Positions 1-9,461 of a DNA stretch of 64,000 nucleotides are shown one piece after another. The notes beneath the pieces were generated by a model that was not told the origin of the DNA, did not search any database, and saw only the letters and a list, made by a program, of their open reading frames with translations. Every line of letters begins with the position of its first letter. Position 1 is the first letter of the stretch. Source of the stretch: Dehalococcoidia bacterium (GTDB lineage Bacteria > Chloroflexota > Dehalococcoidia > UBA2979). A program made the position numbers and the translations under genes. The stretch lies in the NCBI GenBank assembly GCA_963667465.2, contig CAXXDN010000002.1, positions 1,024,001-1,088,000 on the forward strand, in the 5' to 3' direction.

Positions 1-193
1 CGGGCTCGGCGACGTACGCGCGCTCGGCTCCAGGACCGAGGCCGCGCAGGCGCTGCGCGCCCTGCTGCAGCCCGGCGATGCGCTGCTCGTCAAGGGATCG
101 CGCGCGCTCGCCCTGGAAACGGTCGTCGAGGAACTGGAGGCGTTGCTGGCCGGGGGGCCTGACAGCGCGCCCACGGGGGGAGACGGATCGTGA
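1..193 (+). CDS. murF: 3' end of UDP-MurNAc-tripeptide--D-Ala-D-Ala ligase (partial)
   Basis: Frame 2 reads ...LLQPGDALLVKGSRALALE...* (MurF C-terminal GDxxLVKGSR motif). TGA 191-193 overlaps the mraY GTG. Confidence 0.85.
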   Translation, partial: GLGDVRALGSRTEAAQALRALLQPGDALLVKGSRALALETVVEELEALLAGGPDSAPTGGDGS

Positions 194-1155
194 CGCATGC
201 GCTGCTCTCGGGTGCGGCGGCCTTCGCCGTCGCCCTGCTCGCCGGCCGGCCCTTCGTGCACTGGATTCGCGGGCAGCGGCTGGGCAAGGCGATCTCCGAG
301 GACGGGCCTTCCTCGCACAACATCAAGGCCGGCACGCCGACGATGGGCGGGCTGCTGATCTTCGGCGCCGTCGCGGTCGTGACGATCCCGACGAACCTCC
401 TCGAGCGGCTCAGCATCCTGCTCCCGCTCGGTGTCGTGCTCTCCGGGATGATCGTCGGAGCCATCGACGACCTCGGGACCCTCACGGAGCGGTTCAGGCA
501 GCGCGTCGCGCTGAGCTGGCGGCTGAAGTTTCTCTACCAGCTCGCGCTCTCGGCGATCGTCGCGGGGGTGCTCTACTTCGCCCTCGAGGTGCAGAGCATC
601 AACATCCCCTGGGTTGGCCAGTTCGAGATCGGCCTGTTCTACATCCCGATCGCGATCGGCACCGTGATCGCCACGACCACGGCGGTCTCGATCACCGACG
701 GACTGGACGGCCTGCTGGGTGGCACCGCCGCGATCGCGTTCGGCGCCTACGGCGTGATCGCGTTCATCCAGGGACAGCTCTTTCTCGCCAACTTCTCGTT
801 CACGGTGGCGGGTGCATTGCTCGGATTCCTCTGGTTCAACGCGCATCCCGCGGCGCTGTTCATGGGCGACACGGGTGCGCTGCCCCTCGGCGCCGCGCTG
901 GCCACGGTGGCGCTGATGACCGGGCACTGGCTGCTGCTGCCCATCATCGGAATCGTCTACGTGATCGAGGCCGGATCGACGCTGATGCAGATCGCCTATT
1001 TCAAGACCACCGGCGGCCGGCGGTTCTTCTGCATGACGCCGTTCCACCACCATCTGGAGCTGATCGGCTGGAGCGAACCGCAGGTGGTGATGCGTCTCTG
1101 GCTGTTCGGAATGACGGGCGCGATGGTCGGAATCGCGCTTGCACTTGCAGTTTGA
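190..1155 (+). CDS. mraY: Phospho-N-acetylmuramoyl-pentapeptide transferase
   Basis: KAGTPTMGG, TDGLDGL, FMGDTG and PFHHHLE motifs; multiple TM segments; dcw position. Confidence 0.97.
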   Translation: MTHALLSGAAAFAVALLAGRPFVHWIRGQRLGKAISEDGPSSHNIKAGTPTMGGLLIFGAVAVVTIPTNLLERLSILLPLGVVLSGMIVGAIDDLGTLTERFRQRVALSWRLKFLYQLALSAIVAGVLYFALEVQSINIPWVGQFEIGLFYIPIAIGTVIATTTAVSITDGLDGLLGGTAAIAFGAYGVIAFIQGQLFLANFSFTVAGALLGFLWFNAHPAALFMGDTGALPLGAALATVALMTGHWLLLPIIGIVYVIEAGSTLMQIAYFKTTGGRRFFCMTPFHHHLELIGWSEPQVVMRLWLFGMTGAMVGIALALAV

Positions 1156-1164
1156 TGTATCTTC

Positions 1165-2574
1165 GTGGATAAACAAAAAGGCGAAGGCGCTATCGCACGT
1201 GCTCAGAATTTGGGGGGAGCCCGCGTGACAGTCGTAGGGCTCGGCATCGAGGGTATCGATCTCACCCGCTTTCTCGCGGCCGAAGGCGCGCGCGTCACCG
1301 TCTCCGACAACCGCACCCGCGAGGAGCTGAGCGAGCCCCTCGCCGCCATCGCGGATACCCCTGCGACGCTCTCGTTGGGAGCGAATCGCGAGCAGGATCT
1401 GACTGACGCCGACTGCGTTTTCGTCTCCCAGGGCGTGCCGCCCGAGCTGCCCGCGCTGCGCGCGGCGCGGCGTGCGGGCGTACCGATCTCCTCGATGACG
1501 CGCCTCTTCCTGGAACGCTGCCCCGTACCCGTGGCCGGCATCACCGGCTCCTCCGGCAAGACCACAACAACCGCGCTCGTCGGCGAGATGCTCGCCGAGG
1601 CCGGCGAGGACCACGTCGTCGGCGGGAACATCGGCGTCGGGTTGCTGGCGCTGCTCGAACGCATCGGCCCGGAGACGCGCGTGGTCCTCGAGCTCTCCCA
1701 CACACAGCTCGAGTCGATCGACCGGAGCCCGCAGCTGGCCTGCGTCACCAACGTCACGCCCAATCACCTCGATCGCTACTCCTGGTCCTCATACCTCGCG
1801 CTCAAGCGGCGCATCTTCGAGCACCAGAGCGGCGAGGACCTCGCGATCTTCCACATCGACGACGAGGTCGCCGCCGCCTTCGCCGAGGAGGCCCCGGCGC
1901 GCGTTCGCTACACCTCCCTGCTACGCCCGCTGCCCGGAGACGGCGTCACCGTCTCCGGCGGCCTGATCGTGCGCCGCGAGGGCGCACGTGAGACGGAGCT
2001 GATGCGCCGCGACGAGATCCCGCTGCGCGGTGACCACAACACCGCGAACGTGGTCTGCGCGCTCGCCGTCGCCTCGGAGCTTGGCGTCGCCGACGAGCCC
2101 GCCGCCGAGGCGGTGCGCCGCTTCCACGGCGTGCCGCATCGCCTCGAGCCGGTCGCGACCGTGCGCGGCGTGCAGTACGTCAACGACTCGATCGCCACGA
2201 CACCGGAGCGAACGCTCGCCGGGATGCGCACCTGCGAGGAGCCGCTCGTGCTGCTCCTCGGCGGACGCGACAAGCACCTGCCGCTCGGCGAGCTGGCGCG
2301 CGAGGCCGTCGCGCGCTGCCGCGCCGTCGTCGCCTTCGGCGAGGCGGGGCCGGTCTTCGCCGGGGCCGTCGCCGGCGCCCGCGACGGGGAGCGGCCCGTC
2401 GTCGAGCAGGCAGGAAGCATCGAGGAGGCCGTGGCCGCGGCCGCGCGGTTGGCGCGCGCCGGCGACGTCGTGCTCTGCGCCCCGGCGGGCACCTCGTTCG
2501 ACGCGTACCGCAACTTCGAGCAGCGCGGCGCGGCCTTCCGCGACGCCGTCGCAGCACTCGGGGAGAGCCACTGA
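1165..2574 (+). CDS. murD: UDP-MurNAc-L-Ala--D-Glu ligase
   Basis: GITGSSGKTTT, GGNIG, NVTPNHLDRY, PHRLE, NDSIAT, SFDAYRNFEQRG. Confidence 0.96.
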   Translation: MDKQKGEGAIARAQNLGGARVTVVGLGIEGIDLTRFLAAEGARVTVSDNRTREELSEPLAAIADTPATLSLGANREQDLTDADCVFVSQGVPPELPALRAARRAGVPISSMTRLFLERCPVPVAGITGSSGKTTTTALVGEMLAEAGEDHVVGGNIGVGLLALLERIGPETRVVLELSHTQLESIDRSPQLACVTNVTPNHLDRYSWSSYLALKRRIFEHQSGEDLAIFHIDDEVAAAFAEEAPARVRYTSLLRPLPGDGVTVSGGLIVRREGARETELMRRDEIPLRGDHNTANVVCALAVASELGVADEPAAEAVRRFHGVPHRLEPVATVRGVQYVNDSIATTPERTLAGMRTCEEPLVLLLGGRDKHLPLGELAREAVARCRAVVAFGEAGPVFAGAVAGARDGERPVVEQAGSIEEAVAAAARLARAGDVVLCAPAGTSFDAYRNFEQRGAAFRDAVAALGESH

Positions 2575-3782
2575 TGGCGCGCAAGGAATCCGCCGAGGCG
2601 CGGCCGCTGCGGCGTCACGAGCCGGACTGGGTGCTGCTCAGCGTGGCGCTCATGCTCGTCGTGCTCGGGCTGATCGCCGTCTTCTCCTCCTCGTACGCAA
2701 TCGGGGTCGTGAACCACGGCGACGCCAACTTCTTCATCGGGCGTCAGGTGGTCTGGGCCGGAATCGGCCTCATCAGCCTGCTCGCGGCGATGTCGATCAA
2801 CTACCGCTTCCTGATGCGCCTCAGTCCCCTGCTGATGCTGGCTGCCATCGCCGGACTGGTTGCCGTGTTCGTCCCCGCGCTTTCCGTCACCGCCGAAGGG
2901 TCCGCACGCTGGATCAGCATCGGCCCGGTGACGGCACAGCCGAGCGAGTTCGCGAAGCTGGCCGTGATCATCTACCTCGCGGCCTGGCTGGCCGCCAAGG
3001 GCCCGTCGGTGCGCAACTTCGCGCTGGGGGTCGCTCCCTACGTCGGGATGGTGGGACTGGTCACTGCGCTGGTACTGCTGGAGCCGGACCTGGGCACGGC
3101 GACGATGATCGCACTGATCACGGGCACGCTGCTCTTCGTCTCCGGCGCGCGGCTGCTCCACATCGCCGCGCTCGCATTGAGCGCTACCGTGTTCACCGCC
3201 TCGCTCGTGGTCGTCGGCGGCTACGGGGCGGCGCGCATCCTCTCCTTCACATCGGCCGAGTCCGACCCGCAGGGCGCCGGCTTCCAGACGCTGCAGATGC
3301 TGCAGGCGCTCGGCTCCGGCGGCCTGACCGGCCTCGGGCTGGGCGTGTCGCGGCAAAAGTTCTTCTATCTGCCCGCCTCGCACACGGACGGAGTGCTCGC
3401 GATCATCGGCGAGGAGCTCGGCTACATCGGCGTGGTCGTCGTACTGGCGCTGTTCGCGCTGCTGCTCTGGCGCGGGCTGCGCGTCATGCAGCGCGCCGCC
3501 GACCCGTTCGGCTCGCTGCTGGCCGCGGGCGTGCTCGCCTGGATCGCCTTCCAGATGCTGATCAACGTCGGCGGCGTCACGCGCTCGATCCCGCTCACCG
3601 GCATCCCGCTGCCGCTGGTCTCCTACGGCGGCTCCTCGCTGCTGATGACGATGATCGCGATCGGCCTGCTGCTCTCCGTCTCGCGCTACGCCGTCATCGC
3701 GGACCCCGCGCTCGAGCCGCCCACCCGTGGCGTCCTGCGCACTCCCTCGCTGCGCGGCGCCCTGCAGAGGGGCTCGCGATGA
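2574..3782 (+). CDS. ftsW: SEDS-family peptidoglycan polymerase FtsW
   Basis: QPSEFAK, EPDLGT, LPASHTD, GEELG, PLTGIPLPLVSYGGSS; lies between murD and murG. Confidence 0.95.
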   Translation: MARKESAEARPLRRHEPDWVLLSVALMLVVLGLIAVFSSSYAIGVVNHGDANFFIGRQVVWAGIGLISLLAAMSINYRFLMRLSPLLMLAAIAGLVAVFVPALSVTAEGSARWISIGPVTAQPSEFAKLAVIIYLAAWLAAKGPSVRNFALGVAPYVGMVGLVTALVLLEPDLGTATMIALITGTLLFVSGARLLHIAALALSATVFTASLVVVGGYGAARILSFTSAESDPQGAGFQTLQMLQALGSGGLTGLGLGVSRQKFFYLPASHTDGVLAIIGEELGYIGVVVVLALFALLLWRGLRVMQRAADPFGSLLAAGVLAWIAFQMLINVGGVTRSIPLTGIPLPLVSYGGSSLLMTMIAIGLLLSVSRYAVIADPALEPPTRGVLRTPSLRGALQRGSR

Positions 3783-4855
3783 AGTACGGACTCGCGGGCG
3801 GCGGAACCGGCGGGCACACCTACCCCGCCGTCGCGGTGGCCGAGCGGCTGCGCGATCGCGCGGACGTGGAGCTCGTCTACTACGGCACGCCCAACGGTCC
3901 CGAACGCGCCGTCGCCGAGGCCGAGGGCTTCGCCTACCGGCCCGTGCCCGCCTCGCCGCTCCGCTCACGCTCGCCCGCTCGCGTGGCCCGCGGAGTGATC
4001 AACCTCCTCCGCGGCTCGCGCGAGGCCCGGCGCTGGCTCGCCCGCGACGCGCCCGGCGCCGTCTTCGCCACCGGTGGCTACGCCGCTGCCCCGATCGGCC
4101 GCGCCGCGCGCCGCGAGGGAATCCCGCTCCTGCTCTTCCTGCCCGACGTCCGGCCCGGCTGGGCGATCCGCTCGATGCGCGGCCAGGCGCAGGCCGTGGC
4201 CTGCTCCGTGCCCGATTCGCTCGGCTACCTGCCAGCCGACCGCTCGGTCGTGACCGGCTACCCGACGCGCCGACAGTTCCGCACCGCCTCGCGCGAGGCC
4301 GGAACACGCCACTTCGGCCTCGATCCCGCGCGCCTGACGCTGCTGGTGACCGGCGGTTCACTGGGCGCGCACCACATCAACCTCGTGATCGCCCGCAGCC
4401 TGCAACTCCTGCTTGAGCAGGCGCAGATCATCCACATCGCGGGACGCTCCGAGGAGGCCTGGCTGGCTCGCGAGCGCGAGCGCCTGCCGACCTGGCTGCA
4501 GGAGCGCTATGCGCTGCACGCCTACACGGAGGAGATGGCGCTGGCGATGGCCGCCGCCGACCTCGCCGTCACGCGCGCCGGCGCCTCGACGCTGGGAGAG
4601 CTGCCGGCGGCGGGCCTTCCGGCGATCGTCATCCCCGGCGAGTTCTCCGACCAGCACGACAACGCGAGCTACCTCGAGCGGCACGGCGCCGCCCTCACGC
4701 TCTCCGGCGACGACGTCGAGGACCTCCCGAACGAGATTCTGCGACTGATCGAGAACGACGCGGCCCGCGAGCGGATGGCGCTCGCGATGCGCGAGCTGGA
4801 CCGGCCCGACGCGGCCGAGCAGCTGGCGAGGATGCTCGAAGGGCTGGCCGCGTGA
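3779..4855 (+). CDS. murG: Lipid II GlcNAc transferase MurG
   Basis: True start ATG 3779 (ATGA overlap with ftsW) inside the listed 2030..4855 ORF; GGGTGGH, TGGY, GGSLGA, RAGASTLGE. Confidence 0.95.
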   Translation: MKYGLAGGGTGGHTYPAVAVAERLRDRADVELVYYGTPNGPERAVAEAEGFAYRPVPASPLRSRSPARVARGVINLLRGSREARRWLARDAPGAVFATGGYAAAPIGRAARREGIPLLLFLPDVRPGWAIRSMRGQAQAVACSVPDSLGYLPADRSVVTGYPTRRQFRTASREAGTRHFGLDPARLTLLVTGGSLGAHHINLVIARSLQLLLEQAQIIHIAGRSEEAWLARERERLPTWLQERYALHAYTEEMALAMAAADLAVTRAGASTLGELPAAGLPAIVIPGEFSDQHDNASYLERHGAALTLSGDDVEDLPNEILRLIENDAARERMALAMRELDRPDAAEQLARMLEGLAA

Positions 4856-6267
4856 TGGCGAGCCTGCTGGACGCCCGTCCGCGCAGCGGCGCGATCCCGA
4901 GGCGCGTCCACCTCATCGGGGCGGGCGGCGTGCACCTCTCCGCGATCGGGCAGATCCTGCTCGCCCGCGGGCACATCGTCACCGGCTCCGACCTCGCGCG
5001 GTCGGAGTACAGCGAGCGGCTGCAGGGCGCCGGCGCGACCGTCTACCACGGCCATGCGCCCTCCAACCTCGGCCGCGCCGAGATCGTCGTCGCCACCGCC
5101 GCCGCCTCCAGCGACAACCCGGAGTTGGAGGCCGCGCGCGAACGAGGCGTCCAGGTGCTCTCGCGCGCGGAGATGGTGCAGTGGCTGCTCGCCGGCCGGC
5201 GTGTGCTCGCCGTCGCCGGGAGCCACGGCAAGACCACGGGCACCGCCCTGCTGGCACAGCTGGCGGTCAACGGCGGACTCGACCCGCTCGTGCTGCTCGG
5301 CGGCGACTCGCCCGGCCTCGGCGGCAACGCCCGCGACGGCGCGGGCGAGCACGCCATCGTCGAGGCCGACGAGTACGCCGAGGCCTTCCTTGAGTACGAG
5401 CCGGAGATCGCGATCATCAACAACGTAGAGGCGGACCACCTCGACTACTACGGCAGCGAGGCGCGGCTGCGAGCGGCCTTCGCGGCCTTCGCGGAGCGCG
5501 TGCTGCCGGACGGCCTGCTGCTCGTCGGCGCGGACTCCGAGGCGGCCGACGAGATCGGCCGCGCCCGTCGCGCCGCCGCCGCGCGCGTCGAGCGCTTCGG
5601 CTTCGCCCAGGATTCCGAATGGCGCGCCGGGCAGTTGCGCGTCAACGACCGCGGCGGACTCGACGCGACCGTATCGCTCGAGGGCGTCCAGCTCGGGCGC
5701 CTCTCGCTGCGCGTGCCGGGCCGGCACAACGTGCTCAACGCGCTCGCCGCGCTCGCCGCCGCGATGCGCGCCGGTGTCGACTTCAAGCGCGCGGCGCAGG
5801 CGGCCTCGGAGTTCAGCGGCACGCGGCGGCGCTTCGAGCTGCACGGCGAGAGCGGCGGCGTGACGCTCGTCGACGACTACGCACACCACCCGAGCGAGGT
5901 CCGCGCGACGCTGGCCGCCGCACGCCTGCGCTACCCGGGACGCCGCCTCGTCGGCTGCTTCCAGCCACACACCTACTCGCGCTCCGCCTACCTGCTGGAG
6001 GGCTTCCGCGACTGCTTCGAGGGCCTCGACGCGCTCTTCATCGCGCCCACCTACGCGGCGCGCGAAGAGCCCGACCGGGGGCTCGACGGGGCCGGCCTCG
6101 CGGCGCAGATCACGAGACCGCATGCCCATTATGTCGCAACTCTCGAAGACGGCGCCTCGCAGATTGCGGACGCGCTCGGGCCGGGCGACGTCTTCATGAC
6201 CATCGGCGCGGGCGACATCGACTCGCTGCTGCCGCTGCTGCGCGCGCGGCTGGAGGCGCAACCGTGA
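4852..6267 (+). CDS. murC: UDP-MurNAc--L-Ala ligase
   Basis: HLIGAGG, AGSHGKTT, VEADE, DHLDYY, RRFE, DDYAHHPSE, FQPHTYSR. Confidence 0.96.
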   Translation: MMASLLDARPRSGAIPRRVHLIGAGGVHLSAIGQILLARGHIVTGSDLARSEYSERLQGAGATVYHGHAPSNLGRAEIVVATAAASSDNPELEAARERGVQVLSRAEMVQWLLAGRRVLAVAGSHGKTTGTALLAQLAVNGGLDPLVLLGGDSPGLGGNARDGAGEHAIVEADEYAEAFLEYEPEIAIINNVEADHLDYYGSEARLRAAFAAFAERVLPDGLLLVGADSEAADEIGRARRAAAARVERFGFAQDSEWRAGQLRVNDRGGLDATVSLEGVQLGRLSLRVPGRHNVLNALAALAAAMRAGVDFKRAAQAASEFSGTRRRFELHGESGGVTLVDDYAHHPSEVRATLAAARLRYPGRRLVGCFQPHTYSRSAYLLEGFRDCFEGLDALFIAPTYAAREEPDRGLDGAGLAAQITRPHAHYVATLEDGASQIADALGPGDVFMTIGAGDIDSLLPLLRARLEAQP

Positions 6268-7349
6268 GCGCGCGGCAGCGCCTGGGCGTGCTCTTCGGCG
6301 GGCAGTCGCCGGAGCACGAGATCTCCGTGATCTCGGCGCGCTCGATCATGCGCGAGGCAGACCGCGAGCGCTTCGCGATCGTCCCGCTCGGCATCACCCG
6401 CGGCGGCGAGTGGCTGACCGAGCAGGAGACGCGCGTGCGCCTCGCGCGCTGCGAGGCGGACGGCACGAACTGGCTCGGCGAGGAGCCCGGGCCCGGTCTG
6501 CTCGCGAGCGCCGAGGCGGTGGCCGACCTCGCGAGCGTCGACATCGTGTTCCCGATCGTGCACGGCCGCAACGGCGAGGACGGCACACTGCAGGGGCTGC
6601 TTGAGCTGAGCGACACGCCCTACGTCGGCGCCGGCGTGGCGGGCAGCGCAGTGGGCATGGACAAGTCGCTGATGCGCGCGCAGTTCGCCGCCCACGGCGT
6701 ACCGCAGCCGGGCTACGTGCAGCTGCGCGACCTGGAGCTCACCGAACTCTGCAGCGAGCCCGCGCCGCGCGAGGCGCTCGCCGAGCTCGAGCGGGACATC
6801 GGCTATCCCTGCTTCGTGAAGCCGGCGAACGGCGGCTCCTCGATCGGCGTGAGCCGCGCCCAATCCCGCGAGGACCTGGGCGAGGCGTTGCGCGAGGCTG
6901 CGCGCTACGACCGCAAGGTGCTGGTCGAGGAGGGCATCGCCGGGCGCGAGATCGAGTGCGCCGTGCTCGGCAACGCCGAGCCGCAGGCGTCGCCCCTGGG
7001 CGAGATCCGCCCCCGCGGGGAGTTCTACGACTTCGAAGCGAAGTACCGCGATGCGGGAGCAGAGCTGCTCGTGCCCGCACCGCTCGGCGAAGACCTCGCC
7101 GAGCGTATCCGGCAGACCGCGCTCGATGCGTACCGCGCGCTCGACCTCGCGGGCTTCTCGCGCGTCGACTTCCTCGTGCGCGAGCCGGACGGCATCCACG
7201 TGCTGGAGGTCAACACGTTGCCCGGCTTCACGCCGATCTCGATGTTCCCGCGGCTCTGGCAGGAGGCCGGCCTCTCCTACGGCGACTTGATCACGCGACT
7301 CGTCGACCTTGGCATCGAACGTCACGAGGAGGCGCGCGCCTATGCCTAG
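6264..7349 (+). CDS. ddl: D-alanine--D-alanine ligase
   Basis: GTG 6264 overlaps the murC stop; FGGQSPEHEIS, HGRNGEDG, KPANGGSSIG, FYDFEAKY, EVNTLPG. Confidence 0.95.
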   Translation: MSARQRLGVLFGGQSPEHEISVISARSIMREADRERFAIVPLGITRGGEWLTEQETRVRLARCEADGTNWLGEEPGPGLLASAEAVADLASVDIVFPIVHGRNGEDGTLQGLLELSDTPYVGAGVAGSAVGMDKSLMRAQFAAHGVPQPGYVQLRDLELTELCSEPAPREALAELERDIGYPCFVKPANGGSSIGVSRAQSREDLGEALREAARYDRKVLVEEGIAGREIECAVLGNAEPQASPLGEIRPRGEFYDFEAKYRDAGAELLVPAPLGEDLAERIRQTALDAYRALDLAGFSRVDFLVREPDGIHVLEVNTLPGFTPISMFPRLWQEAGLSYGDLITRLVDLGIERHEEARAYA

Positions 7350-8193
7350 CCTCCGCCTGCCGCAGTTGCGCTGGCAGCGCCGGCGAGGCCGCCGCTCACG
7401 CGCCGCCGCGCGGCCGGGCCGCTATGAGCTCGGGCGCGCCGCGCCGCCTCGCCCGAAGCGACGGCTGCTGCCACGCCTGCCCTGGCGGCGGCTCGCGCTC
7501 ACGGCGCTCGCCATCGCGGTCCTCGGCGGCCTCGGCTACGGCGGGTTCTGGCTCGTCGACGGGCCCGCGCTGCGCGTGCAGCAGATCACGATCGAGGGCG
7601 CGGAGGTCGCCGACCCGCTTGCGATCGCCCGCAGCGCGGACATCGACAAGCGATCGCTGCTCACGCTCGACACAACCACGATCGCGGACCGCATCACCGG
7701 GGGCGTACCCGCGGTCCAGAGCGCCACGGTGCGCCGTGAATGGCCGCAGGGCGTCAGGATCAGCGTCAGCGAGCACGCCGGCTGGGGTTACTGGCAATCG
7801 GGCGGTCGCCGCGTCGTGATCGACGCTTCCGGCCTCGTGATCCCCGCCGGGCGGCCCCCGCCCGAGGGCGCGGTGACGATCTTCGAGATCGGCGCGACGC
7901 GGCCCCTCGAACCGTGGGGCGTCGCCGAGCCCGACACGCTCACCGCCGTCAAGCAGCTGATCGAGGACGCCCGGTCGCAGCGGCTCGGCGTCGCGATTCA
8001 GCGCTTCGAGCTCCACTCCGACCGGGGGCTCGTCGTACGCATCGCGGACGGCCCGGACGCGATCTTTGGCGACTGGCGCAACTACAGCTTCAAGGTTGCA
8101 GCCTGGGGCGCGTTGCTCAACCGACTCGAGCGCGAGCCGCTCGAGATCAACGAGATCGATTTGCGGTTCGGGGCAAAGTTGGTGGTGCGCTGA
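7342..8193 (+). CDS. ftsQ: Cell division protein FtsQ/DivIB
   Basis: Arg-rich N-terminus, one TM helix, POTRA-like segment (VRREWPQGVRISVSE), C-terminal IDLRF; lies between ddl and ftsA. Confidence 0.85.
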   Translation: MPSLRLPQLRWQRRRGRRSRAAARPGRYELGRAAPPRPKRRLLPRLPWRRLALTALAIAVLGGLGYGGFWLVDGPALRVQQITIEGAEVADPLAIARSADIDKRSLLTLDTTTIADRITGGVPAVQSATVRREWPQGVRISVSEHAGWGYWQSGGRRVVIDASGLVIPAGRPPPEGAVTIFEIGATRPLEPWGVAEPDTLTAVKQLIEDARSQRLGVAIQRFELHSDRGLVVRIADGPDAIFGDWRNYSFKVAAWGALLNRLEREPLEINEIDLRFGAKLVVR

Positions 8194-9431
8194 TGGCTCA
8201 ACCAACGTTCGCCGCAATCGACATCGGCAGCACGAAGATCTGCACGGTGGTGGCGGAGGTCATCAACGGCAGCGAGATCCGCATCCTCGGCGTGGGCGTC
8301 GGACCGTCGCAGGGGATCACGCGCGGCATGGTGGACAACATCCACGCCGCGATGGAGGCGATCTCGTCCTCCGTGCAGCGCGCCGAGCGCGCGGCCGGGG
8401 TGCGCATCCTCTCCGCCCACGTCGGCTTCACCGGGCCGCACGTCTCCTCGATGGGCTCGCGCGGCATCGTCGCGATCAGCGACCCACGGCAGCCGATCAG
8501 CGAGAGCGACACGGACCGGGCGCTGGAGAGCGCGCGCATCGTCAACATCCCCAACAACCGCGAGGTGGTCCACGTGGTGCCCCGCTACTACGTGGTGGAC
8601 GGGCAGGACCACGTCACGAACGCGCTCGGCATGTTCGGCTCCAGGCTGGACATGGAGACGCACGTCGTGACCGCCGGAAGCTCCGCCGTCCAGAACATCC
8701 TGCGTTGCGTCGAGGGCGCCGGCGTCCACGTCGACTCGCTGATCGTGGGGCCGCTTGCAGCGGCCGAGGCAGCGGCCGAGCGCGAGGAGCTGGAGCACGG
8801 CGCGGTGCTCATCGACATCGGCGGGGGCGCCACGGACATCGCCGTCTTCGTGCGCGGCACACTGGTGCACACGGCCGTCCTGCCGGTCGGCGGCGCGCAG
8901 ATGACGGGCGACCTCGTGGTCGCGCTGCGCGTGCCGCAACCGGCCGCCGAGCAGGCCAAGATCGCGCACGGCCACGCACTCGCCTCGCTCGTCGACGAAT
9001 ACGACCACGTCGAGATCGACGCCTTCGGCGCCGAGGGCCGCAAGGAGATCCCCAAGCGCTTCATCGCCCAGGTCCTGCAAGCGCGCTGCGAGGAGCTGCT
9101 GGAGATGGTGCGTGCCGAGGTGCGGCGCGGCGCGCAGACCGAGCTGCTCGCCGCCGGCGCGGTGCTGACCGGTGGCGGGGCCTCGGTGCGCGGCCTCGAC
9201 CTGCTCGCCGAGGAAGTGCTCGAGCTGCCCGCGCGCATCGGCCGGCCGCGCCACCTGGCCGGGCTCTCCGACCTGCTGAACGACCCCGCCTATTCGACCT
9301 CGGTCGGCCTGCTGCGCTGGGCGCTGCGCGAGCAGGAAATTATGTTGCGCCCCGCTCCGCGCCGCCGCCGCGGCATCGGCGGCCTGTTCCGGAAGGTCGC
9401 GCAGTTGATGCGCGTCGTGCTCCCCCAGTGA
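8193..9431 (+). CDS. ftsA: Cell division protein FtsA
   Basis: ATG 8193 (TGATG overlap); IDIGSTKI, IDIGGGATD, VLTGGGA, C-terminal amphipathic helix. Confidence 0.96.
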   Translation: MAQPTFAAIDIGSTKICTVVAEVINGSEIRILGVGVGPSQGITRGMVDNIHAAMEAISSSVQRAERAAGVRILSAHVGFTGPHVSSMGSRGIVAISDPRQPISESDTDRALESARIVNIPNNREVVHVVPRYYVVDGQDHVTNALGMFGSRLDMETHVVTAGSSAVQNILRCVEGAGVHVDSLIVGPLAAAEAAAEREELEHGAVLIDIGGGATDIAVFVRGTLVHTAVLPVGGAQMTGDLVVALRVPQPAAEQAKIAHGHALASLVDEYDHVEIDAFGAEGRKEIPKRFIAQVLQARCEELLEMVRAEVRRGAQTELLAAGAVLTGGGASVRGLDLLAEEVLELPARIGRPRHLAGLSDLLNDPAYSTSVGLLRWALREQEIMLRPAPRRRRGIGGLFRKVAQLMRVVLPQ

Positions 9432-9461
9432 TGACTCCCCCAGGAAGCCTTGGAGGCAGCG

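Noticed and set aside
1164-1172. Single DnaA-box-like CGTGGATAA at the murD start (also TTATCCAGA near 47788)
   Set aside because: Isolated one-mismatch 9-mers inside coding sequence; a few are expected by chance in 64 kb.
7020-7050. Ddl as a D-Ala-D-Lac ligase because of FYDF
   Set aside because: The discriminating residue is the aromatic after Lys (AKY), which is Tyr as in D-Ala-D-Ala ligases.
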